This document shows positions 20,437-30,164 of a stretch of DNA of 64,000 nt, piece by piece. The notes beneath the pieces were generated by a model. That model was not told where the DNA came from and did not search any database. It worked only from the letters and a program-made list of their open reading frames with translations. Position numbers and translations under genes: made by a program. The stretch is from Vulcanimicrobiota bacterium (GTDB lineage Bacteria > Vulcanimicrobiota > Xenobia > Xenobiales > JADMJV01), in NCBI GenBank assembly GCA_050250895.1, contig JBFWNU010000001.1, positions 3,108,891-3,172,890 on the forward strand, read 5' to 3'. How positions within the stretch are numbered: the first letter of the stretch is position 1; the number at the start of each line of letters is the position of its first letter.

Positions 20437-21097
20437 ATCGATAGCCCACTCCGCGGATCGAGTGTAGGGCATGGTTGGTGCCGAGATCGCGCATCTTCCG
20501 GCGCAAATTGGTGATGTGCATGTCCACAGCGCGAGAGTCGGTGGCCCGGTCGAGCAGCTCATCCCGGCTGAAAACTTTGCCTGGGGTCGCCATCATGCGT
20601 CGCAGCATCTCGAACTCCGAGAGCGTCAGTTCGACCCGACCTTCGCCCAGGGCCAGGGTCTGGCGTTCGAGGTCGAGTTGCAACGGCCCCCACTCGAGGA
20701 CCCGGGTGGGTGTCGCCGAAGGGGCCTTTTCTCGCTCGGTGCGGCGCAATACCGCTTTGATCCGGGCCACTAACTCGCGGGCCGAAAACGGCTTGGGGAG
20801 ATAGTCGTCGGCCCCTAACTCAATGCCCAGAACGCGGTCGAATTCGGTCTTGCGGGCCGAGATGAGGATAATCGGCAGGCGACTCTTTTGACGCACATGC
20901 TTGAGCACCTCGAGGCCGTCAAGCCCCGGCAGCATGATGTCGAGAATGGCCAGATCGGGGGGCGCATCGACCAGGGCCGAAAGGGCTTCGTCGCCTCGAC
21001 CGAACCGGGTTACCGAGTAGCCCGCTCCCTCAAGATGACAAACGAGTATCTCACCCAGGTCGGCTTCGTCTTCGACCAGGTAGATTTGCCGCCTCAC
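20426..21097 (-). CDS. OmpR-family response regulator
   Basis: LVEDE, LDIMLPGLDG, GADDYLPKPF, wHTH ending RGVGYRF. Confidence 0.95.
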   Translation of the reverse strand: MRRQIYLVEDEADLGEILVCHLEGAGYSVTRFGRGDEALSALVDAPPDLAILDIMLPGLDGLEVLKHVRQKSRLPIILISARKTEFDRVLGIELGADDYLPKPFSARELVARIKAVLRRTEREKAPSATPTRVLEWGPLQLDLERQTLALGEGRVELTLSEFEMLRRMMATPGKVFSRDELLDRATDSRAVDMHITNLRRKMRDLGTNHALHSIRGVGYRFGD

Positions 21098-21106
21098 CGG
21101 CTAGAC

Positions 21107-22096
21107 TCAGAGGGCTACGTTGTCGTAGGCGTTGAGATCGAGGGCGAACCGTCCGGTTTGGACGTAGTCGATGACCGTCGCATAGCGGTTGAGGTCACTG
21201 ATGGTTCCGCTATTAATGATGTCTTGCAACGACAACTGACCGCGATCGATGGCTTTGGCCACCGCGCCGATGGTTTGAACATCGGTTTGGCCCACTCCGC
21301 CCAGGCTGGCCAGATCGCCTGCGCCTTTTTGAATCAAAAGATTCTTGAGACCGGCGTTGTCATAGAAGCCGGGCCCGTTGAAGTTGTTGCCTTTGAAGAC
21401 CGAGGCGACCTGCATGAACAAGCGCGACTCGGGATTCATCTGGTGGAAAGCATTCACCCCGCCTTGCAGACCGCCGACGCTGAGCGGGTCATAACCCCCG
21501 GCGAAGGCCGCGAACTGGTAGGCGTAGTTGCGGGCCACATCGGCGTGCCACAGTTGCGGGCTCTGGACGCGAGCAAAGCGACTGCCCTGAATGGCGTCGG
21601 CCTGCGAGATGCTGGTGCCGCCGGAGAGGGTGCCGCCGGCTAACTGCGCCTGCAGATAGCTGGCGAAATCTTGACTGTCACGCGAGGGCGGAAGCTGGGT
21701 GTAGAGGTCGGGCGAGGCGGTGGTGCCGGCCCCGATGGTGCCGCCGTAGCTTCCGCCGCCGGTGCCACCGGTGTAAGCGCCGGGGGTGGCTTGGCCCGAG
21801 CCGTAAGCCCCGGCCACCGAGAACGAATCGTTCGGGTTGTAGCCGCCGAAGGACTGTTGCGGGTTGTAGGGTGCGAAAGGCTGATTGCCGCCGAACTGCT
21901 GCGGGTTGTAGCCGCCGCCGCCGAAGGAGTTCCAACCCTGGCCGAGCTGCGTGATGGCCCCGAGCAAAGCCTGGAGCAACCCGATGAGCCCCTGTTGGCC
22001 CTGGGGAGCGCCGACCCCTCCGAAATTGGCGATGGAGCTACCGAACGTGGGGGTGGGAACTCCACCTAGATTGAACGAGGAAATAAAATTGGCCAA
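21107..22096 (-). CDS. Gly/Gln-rich, Cys-free hypothetical protein (harpin-like N-terminus)
   Basis: GGAGG SD before TTG; YNPQQ repeats; globular-looking C-terminal half. Confidence 0.8.
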   Translation of the reverse strand: MANFISSFNLGGVPTPTFGSSIANFGGVGAPQGQQGLIGLLQALLGAITQLGQGWNSFGGGGYNPQQFGGNQPFAPYNPQQSFGGYNPNDSFSVAGAYGSGQATPGAYTGGTGGGSYGGTIGAGTTASPDLYTQLPPSRDSQDFASYLQAQLAGGTLSGGTSISQADAIQGSRFARVQSPQLWHADVARNYAYQFAAFAGGYDPLSVGGLQGGVNAFHQMNPESRLFMQVASVFKGNNFNGPGFYDNAGLKNLLIQKGAGDLASLGGVGQTDVQTIGAVAKAIDRGQLSLQDIINSGTISDLNRYATVIDYVQTGRFALDLNAYDNVAL

Positions 22097-22236
22097 AATA
22101 CCCTCCGGAGTCTATAGTTCGCGCTGGCGTGGCTGACAGCCTTTCTTGCTATTAGAATACGACCTGGTCGTAAAGAAGCCTGGAGGTTTTGTCAGCTGGA
22201 TGTTTCGTTACTGTTGCCGATTTGTAAACTCGCGCA

Positions 22237-22398
22237 CTACTTCGAAGAGCATAAATGGGCGGCCAAACCCCAGGCATCCCCCGAGCGAGGACCTCTCACC
22301 GCTACCACAGTAGCGCTGACCACCGAGAACAGGTGAATCGGTTGCGCCTGGATGGGCATGTCGCCCGCTGAAATGATTGTCTTGTCGTTTGCCGCCAT
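22237..22398 (-). other. 53-codon small ORF and/or structured RNA
   Basis: GGAGAG SD then MAANDKTIISAGD...LCSSK*; encloses a ~110-nt self-complementary segment (22257-22366). Confidence 0.4.
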
Positions 22399-22509
22399 AG
22401 TTTTACTCTCCGCTACTACTCCTGACCTCAGTCTAAGTCAGCGGCGGCCGGTGACCAATCGGGGCTTTGTTACAGGCGTTCAGGAATTGTTGCGAGATTG
22501 TTGCCGTTC

Positions 22510-24357
22510 CTACAGGATCAGGCGCACGCCGCCGAGCTCGGCGATGTTGTGGGGGAACCGATCGCCCGGCGTTCCGATGAACATGTAGTTCTTGGGCACA
22601 TTCATTCTCTGGCTGAGGCTCTCGATGAGGGCGGGGCCGAAGGCGCCTTGAACCAGGATCAAGTCGACCTTGAGCTGAGGATACTCGTGGTCGATGATGC
22701 TCACGTGCTCTTCTAGAGTGGGGGGGATCTCTTCTTTGTCACGATAGACGTGGACCACCTCGAGCCGGCGCGTCTGCTCGTTTTGCAATACGTAGAGCGC
22801 GGCTCGATTGAGGTTGGAGAGGTGGTCGCCCTTGGAGAAGTAGATGACCGTCAGGCTGTTGATCTGCTCGATGTGGTTGTTCACGTTTTCGAGCAGGTTC
22901 TGGTTGAACTCGTTGACCGAGGCCGCTGCCGACTGGGATACGAAGAGGATGCCTCGCAGAATGCGGATGCGCAGGAACATCAGGGCCACCACCACTCCGG
23001 TGCTGACGAAGTAGATGAAGAAGAACCAGACGTACTGCGGGTTGAGGACGACGTTGCCGAAGATCCCCAGCACCACGGCCGCAAAGGCCGTACAGACTCC
23101 GGGCCAACTGGCTTTGACGTCGCGGGGAAGCCGCGAGCGTTTGACCTTGAGCATCATGTTGCCCAGCGCGAACAGGGCCATCACTCCCAAAAACGAGATG
23201 GTGTAGACCCCGGCCAGGGTTTTGACCTCGCCCTGGGTGACCAGCAAGATAGAGGTGCACAGGCCGAAGAAGAGCAGCAGGATATAGTGGTTGGTCCGGC
23301 GCCACTTGTTCTCGAGTAGAAGCCACTGGGGCAGACAGCGGTCCAGGCTCATTCGACGCACCAGGCCGCTCACCCCCACAAACGAGGTCAGGACCGCGCC
23401 CGAGAGCACCAGCACGGCGTCGATGCTGACCATGTGACCAAGCCAGGGCAAGATGCTCAGGCGGCCCATTTCGGTTAGCAGGGTCTCTTTGTTGGCTTCG
23501 AAGTCGGCCAGACGCACCAGGCCGAGTGACAGAAAGCTGATGACGGGGTTGAAGAAGGCCACCGCCAGCCACATATTGCGCAAGGTCTTGACGAAGACGC
23601 CGCGGGCCTGCTCTTCGATGAAGTTGGCCGAACTCTCGAACCCGCTCACCCCCAGCAGGGCGGCGGCAAAGCCAAAGAAGATGGCGCGGCCGGCCCCCTG
23701 GGGCGGGATTACAGCCAGGTTCTCATAGAGAATGGCGGGATTTTGGGCCACTGAGTATCCGCAAGCCAATACCAGCAGAGACAGGGTCGAGATGTGAAAG
23801 ATGAAGATCGCGGTGGCCACCGCGGCGGACTCGGTGATGCCGATAATATTGAGAAAGGCGAAAATGGCCAGGAGCACGATGGTGGCCATCATCACGTTGA
23901 GAGAGTGATACATTTCGCCCGCATAGCTCATGGCCTCGAAGGCGCTGATCACGGCGGTGGCGACATACGACAGAATGGTCAAGCAAGCGGCCACCGACGC
24001 CCAGGCTTTACTGGTGGTGTTGAGCAGCACGTTATATGCCCCGCCGTTGAGGGGGAGGGCGGTGCCGACCTCGCCGTAGATCTTGCGAAAGAGATAGAGG
24101 ATGGCCGCCACGATGAGCAAGCTCAAAGGAGCGTAGGGACCGGCGAAGATGGCGCAGATGGCCGAGACGTACAGGCAACTCGAGCTGATGTCGTTACCAC
24201 AAATGGCGGTGGCTCGCAGTTCGCCAAGCTGAGGATGACCCGGCCCGTGTTGTTCGGGCGGAGTATCGTCGAGGCCCTCGAGGGTGATGACGGCGCCGTA
24301 GCCTGCGAAGTCGTCGCGTTGTTCGTCTGTGAATTCTTCGATCTGCAAGTCAGCCAT
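22510..24357 (-). CDS. APC-family amino acid/cation permease
   Basis: ATAICGNDISSSCLY, GVSGFESSAN, many TM helices, soluble C-terminal domain. Confidence 0.9.
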   Translation of the reverse strand: MADLQIEEFTDEQRDDFAGYGAVITLEGLDDTPPEQHGPGHPQLGELRATAICGNDISSSCLYVSAICAIFAGPYAPLSLLIVAAILYLFRKIYGEVGTALPLNGGAYNVLLNTTSKAWASVAACLTILSYVATAVISAFEAMSYAGEMYHSLNVMMATIVLLAIFAFLNIIGITESAAVATAIFIFHISTLSLLVLACGYSVAQNPAILYENLAVIPPQGAGRAIFFGFAAALLGVSGFESSANFIEEQARGVFVKTLRNMWLAVAFFNPVISFLSLGLVRLADFEANKETLLTEMGRLSILPWLGHMVSIDAVLVLSGAVLTSFVGVSGLVRRMSLDRCLPQWLLLENKWRRTNHYILLLFFGLCTSILLVTQGEVKTLAGVYTISFLGVMALFALGNMMLKVKRSRLPRDVKASWPGVCTAFAAVVLGIFGNVVLNPQYVWFFFIYFVSTGVVVALMFLRIRILRGILFVSQSAAASVNEFNQNLLENVNNHIEQINSLTVIYFSKGDHLSNLNRAALYVLQNEQTRRLEVVHVYRDKEEIPPTLEEHVSIIDHEYPQLKVDLILVQGAFGPALIESLSQRMNVPKNYMFIGTPGDRFPHNIAELGGVRLIL

Positions 24358-24392
24358 GGATTACTCCAATATGGGTTAGGGACGCGGGAGGG

Positions 24393-24716
24393 TCAGCAGT
24401 TGTTCCAAGCGGAAGCCGGCCCCGGGGGGGCGCGGGAAGGACCGCGCTGCTCTGGCACCGGGGGGCTGTCGTTGTGCTTTTCGACGGCCACCCGGCCATA
24501 GAAAACGAACTCGGCGGGGGAGTTCGGAGCCGGCTGCGCCGGCGAGACGGATACCCCGGCAACGGGGTCGCGCGCCTTGTATTCAAGCAATGACAAACCG
24601 GACTCAGTCCCGGTCGGCTCGATGGCCGTGGAGGTTCTGAGTCCGGTCGCCAGCAGCAGCAGCACCATTGCCAGGAGGTGCGTCAGGCGCATACGGCGGA
24701 GGGCTCCATTTCTCAC
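24393..24716 (-). CDS. Signal-peptide uORF with RAPP arrest-like motif
   Basis: Hydrophobic LLAMVLLLLA; C-terminal RGPSRAPP; ends 35 nt before the permease start. Confidence 0.6.
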   Translation of the reverse strand: MRNGALRRMRLTHLLAMVLLLLATGLRTSTAIEPTGTESGLSLLEYKARDPVAGVSVSPAQPAPNSPAEFVFYGRVAVEKHNDSPPVPEQRGPSRAPPGPASAWNNC

Positions 24717-24820
24717 TCAGCATAGCGAGGAAGAGGGCGACGGTCAAGTCGGGTTACTCGGCCCCGCGCCAGGCCTGGGAGTGAGCGCCCCGGGCCGACG
24801 CCCCCCAGGGTTGGGCCAGC

Positions 24821-25462
24821 TCAGTAGCGTCCGGCCATCACCACGAACCAGCGGTGGTTGGTGTCGCTCAGCTTGCCTTCGGCATCGGTGCGCAGCGTCT
24901 TTTTGGTCACCGAATCCGAGACGTTGCCGCCGATGACGTCGATTTCGCCCGGGCGCACTGCCACCACCAGGTCGGTGTGGGACTTGTAGACCTGGCGCTG
25001 GTGGTCATAGTCGATGTCGTCCTGGCGGGCGTAGCCTACCAAATCGCCCACTTGAGGCGCGCGTTCGCTGAGCCGATAGCCCCAGAAGGCAAAGCTCTGA
25101 TCGCCGTCGCGACGGGCCTGAATCGAGCGCCGGATATAGTGGGCGTGCCATTCGGAGTAGTGAAAGCGCGGACCCAGGCCGGCCTGGCGCATCAGCCACG
25201 ACATGAAGGCGGCCGACCAGGCTTCGTCACGGTTGCGGCCGTCGATGTCTAGATGAACCCCCTGGCGCCAGTAGTCGCCTACCCGCTGCCAGTAGCCCTC
25301 GTCGTTCTCCTGGGCGCCCTGATGGGTCAGTTGACCGTCGATACCGATCGTCTGGCGTCCGAACAGTTCCCATTCCTGGTTGGCGATGGCTACTGCCCGG
25401 TCGAGAGAGGTCTCGGCCGCGGCCGGAGCCAGCAAGAACAGCAAGATGAGGAGTTTTTTCAT
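24821..25462 (-). CDS. Secreted DUF2272 domain protein
   Basis: QEWELFG, WSAAFMSW, PQVGDLV, SHTDLVV, IGGNVSDSV. Confidence 0.85.
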   Translation of the reverse strand: MKKLLILLFLLAPAAAETSLDRAVAIANQEWELFGRQTIGIDGQLTHQGAQENDEGYWQRVGDYWRQGVHLDIDGRNRDEAWSAAFMSWLMRQAGLGPRFHYSEWHAHYIRRSIQARRDGDQSFAFWGYRLSERAPQVGDLVGYARQDDIDYDHQRQVYKSHTDLVVAVRPGEIDVIGGNVSDSVTKKTLRTDAEGKLSDTNHRWFVVMAGRY

Positions 25463-25512
25463 CCTTGCACCTCCTTCGGGGGAATTGCACAGTCGGTGTT
25501 AAACTCTCGACC

Positions 25513-27642
25513 ATGCCGAGGCTGTTCCTTCTTTTATTGATAGCGATTTCTTTCTTGCCGTGCGCCGCCGATGAGCGGATCGACAAGCTCCTGTCCGAGA
25601 TGACCTGGGCCGAGAAGCTGGGTCAACTGACTCAGTATGCGGGGTCATCTACCGGGCCGGTCCCCCTCAAAGCCGAGATGCAAGAGCGGGTCGGCCGGGG
25701 AGAAGTGGGCTCGGTGCTCAGCATCGCTGGCGTGGCCCGAGTGCGCCAGCTTCAGCAAGAGGCGGTCGAGAAGACCAGGCTGGGGATTCCCCTGGTGTTC
25801 GCCTACGACGTCATCCACGGTTACCGCACCGTCTTTCCCATCCCGTTGGCCGAGGCCGCCAGCTTCGACCCCGAGCTGGCCGAACAATCGGCTCGCATCG
25901 CCGCCCGTGAGGCCACTGCGGCCGGTATCGCCTGGAACTTTGCGCCCATGGTCGACATCGCCCGCGACCCGCGTTGGGGGCGCTGCATCGAAGGCTCGGG
26001 CGAAGACCCTTACCTCGGCTCGGTGATGGCGGCCGCCCGGGTGCGCGGTTTTCAGGGCAAAAACCTCAAGGCTGCCGACACCATGGCCGCCTGCGCCAAG
26101 CACTTCGCCGGCTACGGCGCGGCCGAGGGGGGCCGCGATTACGATGCGGCCGAGATTTCCGAGCGCACCCTCCGGCAGGTTTATCTGCCCCCCTTCCAGG
26201 CCGCCGTCGAGGCCGGAGCCATCACCATCATGGCTGGCTTCCAGGAGGTTTCGGGGGTGCCCGCTCACGCCAACCCCTTTCTGCTCGAGCAGGTGCTGCG
26301 CCAGGAGTGGGGCTTTGATGGTCTGGTGGTCAGCGATTACAACGCCATCCGCGAATTGATGGCCCACCGCATCGCGGCCACGCCCCATCAGGCCGGCGAA
26401 CTGGCTCTGCAGGCCGGAGTCGACATGGACATGATGGGCGACATTTATCGCGACCTGCCCGAAACGCCCGAAACGCGAGCCCTGGTGGACCGCTCGGTGC
26501 GCCGGGTGCTCGAACTCAAAGAGCGGCTGGGTCTGTTCGACGATCCTTATCGCTACCTCGATGAAGAGGCCGAGAAACGCTATATTCTGGCTCCCGAGCA
26601 TCGACAGGCAGCCAGGCGGGCCGCCCAGCGCTCGGCCGTGCTGCTCAAGAACGACGGTGGCGTTCTGCCCCTGGCCAAGCCCAGGAGGTTGGCCTTGCTG
26701 GGCAGTCTGGCCACCGACTCGACCAGCCTGCTGGGGGCCTGGAACACGGCCGGTAAGCCCGAAGAGACCACCAATTTATTGGAAGGTTTTCGCCAGGCTC
26801 TACCCGGCGCCGAGGTGGTGCATGCCGACGAGACCGATCTCGCCTCTGCTCTCGCGGCGGCCCGCGGGGCCGAGTCGGTGGTGCTGGTGCTGGGAGAGAT
26901 CGCGGACTGGTCGGGGGAATCGCGCAATCGCACCCGCCTCGGACTGCCCCCCGAACAGCTGGCCATGGCTCTCGAGGTGGCCAGGCTGGGCAAACCGACG
27001 GTGGTCTTATTGATGCACGGACGGCCCCTGGCCATTCCCGAGTTGGCCGACAAGCTGCCCGCTATCCTGGACATCTGGCATCCCGGCAGCATGGGAGCGG
27101 CGGCCGCCACCGACCTGGTCTTCGGTCAGGCCGCGCCAGGTGGCAAGCTGCCCATGACCTTTCCTCGAGCGGTGGGTCAGGTGCCCATCTACTACAATCA
27201 CAAGACTTCGGGACGGCCGGCTCAAGCGGGGGTCGAGCGCTACACCATCGATTATGTCGACGAGTCGCTCGAGCCGCTTTTTCCTTTCGGACATGGACTG
27301 AGTTATACCACCTTTGCCTATTCTGACCTCAGGCTCGAAGGCAAGCTGCCCCTGCGGGTGGCGGTCACGGTCAAGAACACCGGCCGTCGCGCCGGTGACG
27401 AGGTCGTGCAGGTTTACGTGCGCGACGAAGCGCGCAGCATCACCCCCCCCGAGCGCGAGTTGAAGGGCTTTCGGCGGGTAACCCTGGCTCCCGGCGAGGC
27501 CCGCCAGTTGACCTTTGACCTGGACCGGTCGGCCTTCTCGTTTATCGGCCAGGATCTCAAAGAGACCTTCGAACCGGGCCAGTTTACCATTTTCGTGGGA
27601 GGCGATTCACGGGCCACCCTGTCCGCCGAGGTGACCCTCTAA
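25513..27642 (+). CDS. bglX: Periplasmic GH3 beta-glucosidase (BglX-like)
   Basis: DVIHG, DIARDPRWGR, KHFAGYG, VVSDY, FPFGHGLSYT, Fn3-like C-terminus. Confidence 0.93.
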   Translation: MPRLFLLLLIAISFLPCAADERIDKLLSEMTWAEKLGQLTQYAGSSTGPVPLKAEMQERVGRGEVGSVLSIAGVARVRQLQQEAVEKTRLGIPLVFAYDVIHGYRTVFPIPLAEAASFDPELAEQSARIAAREATAAGIAWNFAPMVDIARDPRWGRCIEGSGEDPYLGSVMAAARVRGFQGKNLKAADTMAACAKHFAGYGAAEGGRDYDAAEISERTLRQVYLPPFQAAVEAGAITIMAGFQEVSGVPAHANPFLLEQVLRQEWGFDGLVVSDYNAIRELMAHRIAATPHQAGELALQAGVDMDMMGDIYRDLPETPETRALVDRSVRRVLELKERLGLFDDPYRYLDEEAEKRYILAPEHRQAARRAAQRSAVLLKNDGGVLPLAKPRRLALLGSLATDSTSLLGAWNTAGKPEETTNLLEGFRQALPGAEVVHADETDLASALAAARGAESVVLVLGEIADWSGESRNRTRLGLPPEQLAMALEVARLGKPTVVLLMHGRPLAIPELADKLPAILDIWHPGSMGAAAATDLVFGQAAPGGKLPMTFPRAVGQVPIYYNHKTSGRPAQAGVERYTIDYVDESLEPLFPFGHGLSYTTFAYSDLRLEGKLPLRVAVTVKNTGRRAGDEVVQVYVRDEARSITPPERELKGFRRVTLAPGEARQLTFDLDRSAFSFIGQDLKETFEPGQFTIFVGGDSRATLSAEVTL

Positions 27643-28781
27643 CCGCGGAGAGGTTGGTCGGGCAGAATCCCGGCTCCCAGTTCGCTCTCGGCGCCGGGTT
27701 GGGCGATCGTTTGTTGCAATACCCGAGCAAGGGCCTCTTCGCGGGTCAAGGCGGGGTCGCGACGTAGCAGCTTGTCGAAGGCCCGCGAGCCCTGGGGGGC
27801 GGCATACGACGAGCCCGAATGGTGACCAGAGTGGCCGTCGACACAAAGGGGGCGGTCGACTGCGTCGGCGGCCAGCACTGCTCCCGCCATGGGTGAAGCC
27901 AGGGCCGCCGGGCCGTTGGCGTCGTCGGCAGCCCCCACCAGCACGGTCGTCTCGGTGGCCAGGTCGTTGCGGAAGAATTCCGGGGCGACTTCCAGGCCCA
28001 GCCCGGTAACGGTACGGTAGAGCTGTCCCTGATTGCCGGCCGACATCACACGAATGATGCCCAGTTCGTCGGCCCGGGCAGAGGCGGCTTCGAGTCGCTG
28101 ACGAGCAGCCGCCACCGAGGGATCGTGGGCGTGGACCGTGGCGACACGCTCGAGTAAGCCGGCCATCAGATCGTGGTCCGAGACGCCCGCGTCGAGGCCC
28201 AGTTGTTCGCTCAGACGCACCCGGAAAGCCGGCTCGTGGGTGCGGCCCCAGAGAGCCTCGACCACCCGCGACTCGGAGGCCCCCTGCGACTGGTTGATGA
28301 CCAGACGAAAGCCGCGCGCGGTTTGCTCTTGCAGGCCACGAGTGGTGTTGTCCATTCGGCCCGCGAAATGCTCGCGCACATAACCGTCGAGCGAGCCGGG
28401 AAGGCCCTGCTCGAGGGGCTGCATGGACTGGCCGATGCTCACCTGTTGGCGGGCTGAGGTGGGCACCACTTCGCACACCGAGCCCCGGCCGGTCAGCTCT
28501 TTTTCGACCAGTTCGCCGTGGGTAGTACCGCTGTCGGCGTTGGTGAAATCGTCGAACACCACCAGGCCGGCATAGCTCGGCTGGGGGGGAGGGCTGGCGC
28601 AGCAACCGGCCAGGCCGGCCGCGGCGGCGCCTAGCGCGAGCACGACGGCCCAACGCGACCCATGGGCTGAACTGCCCTCGAAGCTCTCGCGCGGACCCGG
28701 AAGGTCGGCCGGCTGGGGGTTAGACTGCTGTTTGGCGTGAGGTGGCACCAGGCGGTGGTCGGTCCGCCCGCGGATGTTCAC
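27639..28781 (-). CDS. S8 subtilisin-like serine protease with internal lipobox-like segment
   Basis: Triad VVFDD / THG / GSSYAAP, oxyanion SAGN; LAGC after a ~55-aa tail. Confidence 0.8.
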   Translation of the reverse strand: MNIRGRTDHRLVPPHAKQQSNPQPADLPGPRESFEGSSAHGSRWAVVLALGAAAAGLAGCCASPPPQPSYAGLVVFDDFTNADSGTTHGELVEKELTGRGSVCEVVPTSARQQVSIGQSMQPLEQGLPGSLDGYVREHFAGRMDNTTRGLQEQTARGFRLVINQSQGASESRVVEALWGRTHEPAFRVRLSEQLGLDAGVSDHDLMAGLLERVATVHAHDPSVAAARQRLEAASARADELGIIRVMSAGNQGQLYRTVTGLGLEVAPEFFRNDLATETTVLVGAADDANGPAALASPMAGAVLAADAVDRPLCVDGHSGHHSGSSYAAPQGSRAFDKLLRRDPALTREEALARVLQQTIAQPGAESELGAGILPDQPLRG

Positions 28782-28809
28782 CCCCTGACTCTAGGCCGGA
28801 ACTCTGAAA

Positions 28810-30123
28810 CTAGTCTGAATCTCGCAGCCGGGCTCGAACGGCCAGCACCACCACCAGCAGCGGCAATCCCAGCAACACCACGAAGCTCATGACGATGTGC
28901 AGGACCTGACCGGCCGAGAGGGCATAGCCAGCTCGGACCACGTTGCGCCAGGCCCAGGCGGCCCCGCCCAGACAGAGCAACAGCGTCCCGATTTGAGCCG
29001 GGGTCGGCCGTTCGACCGAGAAGTGAAACTGACGCACTTTCTGCGTGAGCCTGGTCAAACGACGGCCGGCGGCCTCGAACAGCCAGCCGGGCCGGCGCCA
29101 CTCGAGCAGCCCCAACCCGACCGGGATGGCCGCCCCCAGGGGAGCGGTCAGCTTGACGAAGGTGGTCAAAGCGAAGCTCACCACCGCCAGCGGCAATCCC
29201 AGCAAAGCGGCCGGCTGCTCGAGCACGCTCTGATAGCAATGGATCGCCCAGGAAAGGGCCACCGCCGAAGCCACGAGGCCAAGCCAGCCCAGAGCTCTGG
29301 CGAGCCATCCAGGGGGAGGATTGGCGCTCACCACCACCTGGGCGATGGCCGTGCCCATGGCCAGGGCCCAGACCAGCTCTGAGCCCGACACCAAACCCGC
29401 CAGGGCCAGCCCTACCACCAGGGGGAGCCAGCCGCGTCCCAGTCCGATGAGCAGTCCCGCCACCCCGACCACCAGCAGGCCCTGGGCCAGCACGCGGTTG
29501 AGCGGCCAGGGCCGTCCCGAACCGCCGAAGAAGGCGATGGCCCGGCCTAGCAAATAGGGATCGAGGGTCTCGCCCGAGTGGTCGCAATAGGGTGAGAGCA
29601 CGACCGGGCCGGCTTGCTGGAGTTCGTTTAAAGAGTGGACCTGATCCCAGGCTCCCGCCCCCGCCAGGAAGTTCTCGGTGCCGGGCTCGACCGGAAAGCC
29701 GAAGGCCACCACCTTGCCAAAACCAGGACGTTGAGCCAGATTGAGCACGAGGTCCGCCCCCATGGAATGTCCTAGCAAGTGGCGGGGCGGCTCGAAGCTC
29801 AAGCCTATCTGCTCGAGCTGCTCGACATAGGTGTAGAAATCCTCGCCCGGGGCCAGATGCACGGCCACCCCGCGAAAGCCCCCCTCGGCCATGGCTCGGG
29901 CCGCCGGCAGGGCCGTGTCTCTGCCTTGAAAGACGGAATGGACGCACAGAATCGTCCCCCGAGGCGGACCGGCCGGCTCGAAGACCGTGACCGGAACCCC
30001 GGCCAGGCTGGCCTCGTGCCCGGCCGGACCGGGCCGCAGCAGGCCGGCCAGGCCAAGCAAGATCAGCAGGCCGAACCCAAGATGCTGCCAGCGCATAAAA
30101 AAAAATTGCTCGTCAGTGAACAT
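28810..30123 (-). CDS. Alpha/beta-hydrolase fused to a multi-pass membrane domain
   Basis: GHSMG nucleophile elbow, DH, C-terminal TM helices. Confidence 0.75.
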   Translation of the reverse strand: MFTDEQFFFMRWQHLGFGLLILLGLAGLLRPGPAGHEASLAGVPVTVFEPAGPPRGTILCVHSVFQGRDTALPAARAMAEGGFRGVAVHLAPGEDFYTYVEQLEQIGLSFEPPRHLLGHSMGADLVLNLAQRPGFGKVVAFGFPVEPGTENFLAGAGAWDQVHSLNELQQAGPVVLSPYCDHSGETLDPYLLGRAIAFFGGSGRPWPLNRVLAQGLLVVGVAGLLIGLGRGWLPLVVGLALAGLVSGSELVWALAMGTAIAQVVVSANPPPGWLARALGWLGLVASAVALSWAIHCYQSVLEQPAALLGLPLAVVSFALTTFVKLTAPLGAAIPVGLGLLEWRRPGWLFEAAGRRLTRLTQKVRQFHFSVERPTPAQIGTLLLCLGGAAWAWRNVVRAGYALSAGQVLHIVMSFVVLLGLPLLVVVLAVRARLRDSD

Positions 30124-30164
30124 TTTGCCTGCCTGAGTGGTCTATAATCTGGAGGCCGAGCACG

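Noticed and set aside
22375-22400. tmRNA tag resemblance (GCAAACGAC, AND...)
   Set aside because: No tRNA-like domain or CCA end, and the frame does not end in an ALAA-type tag
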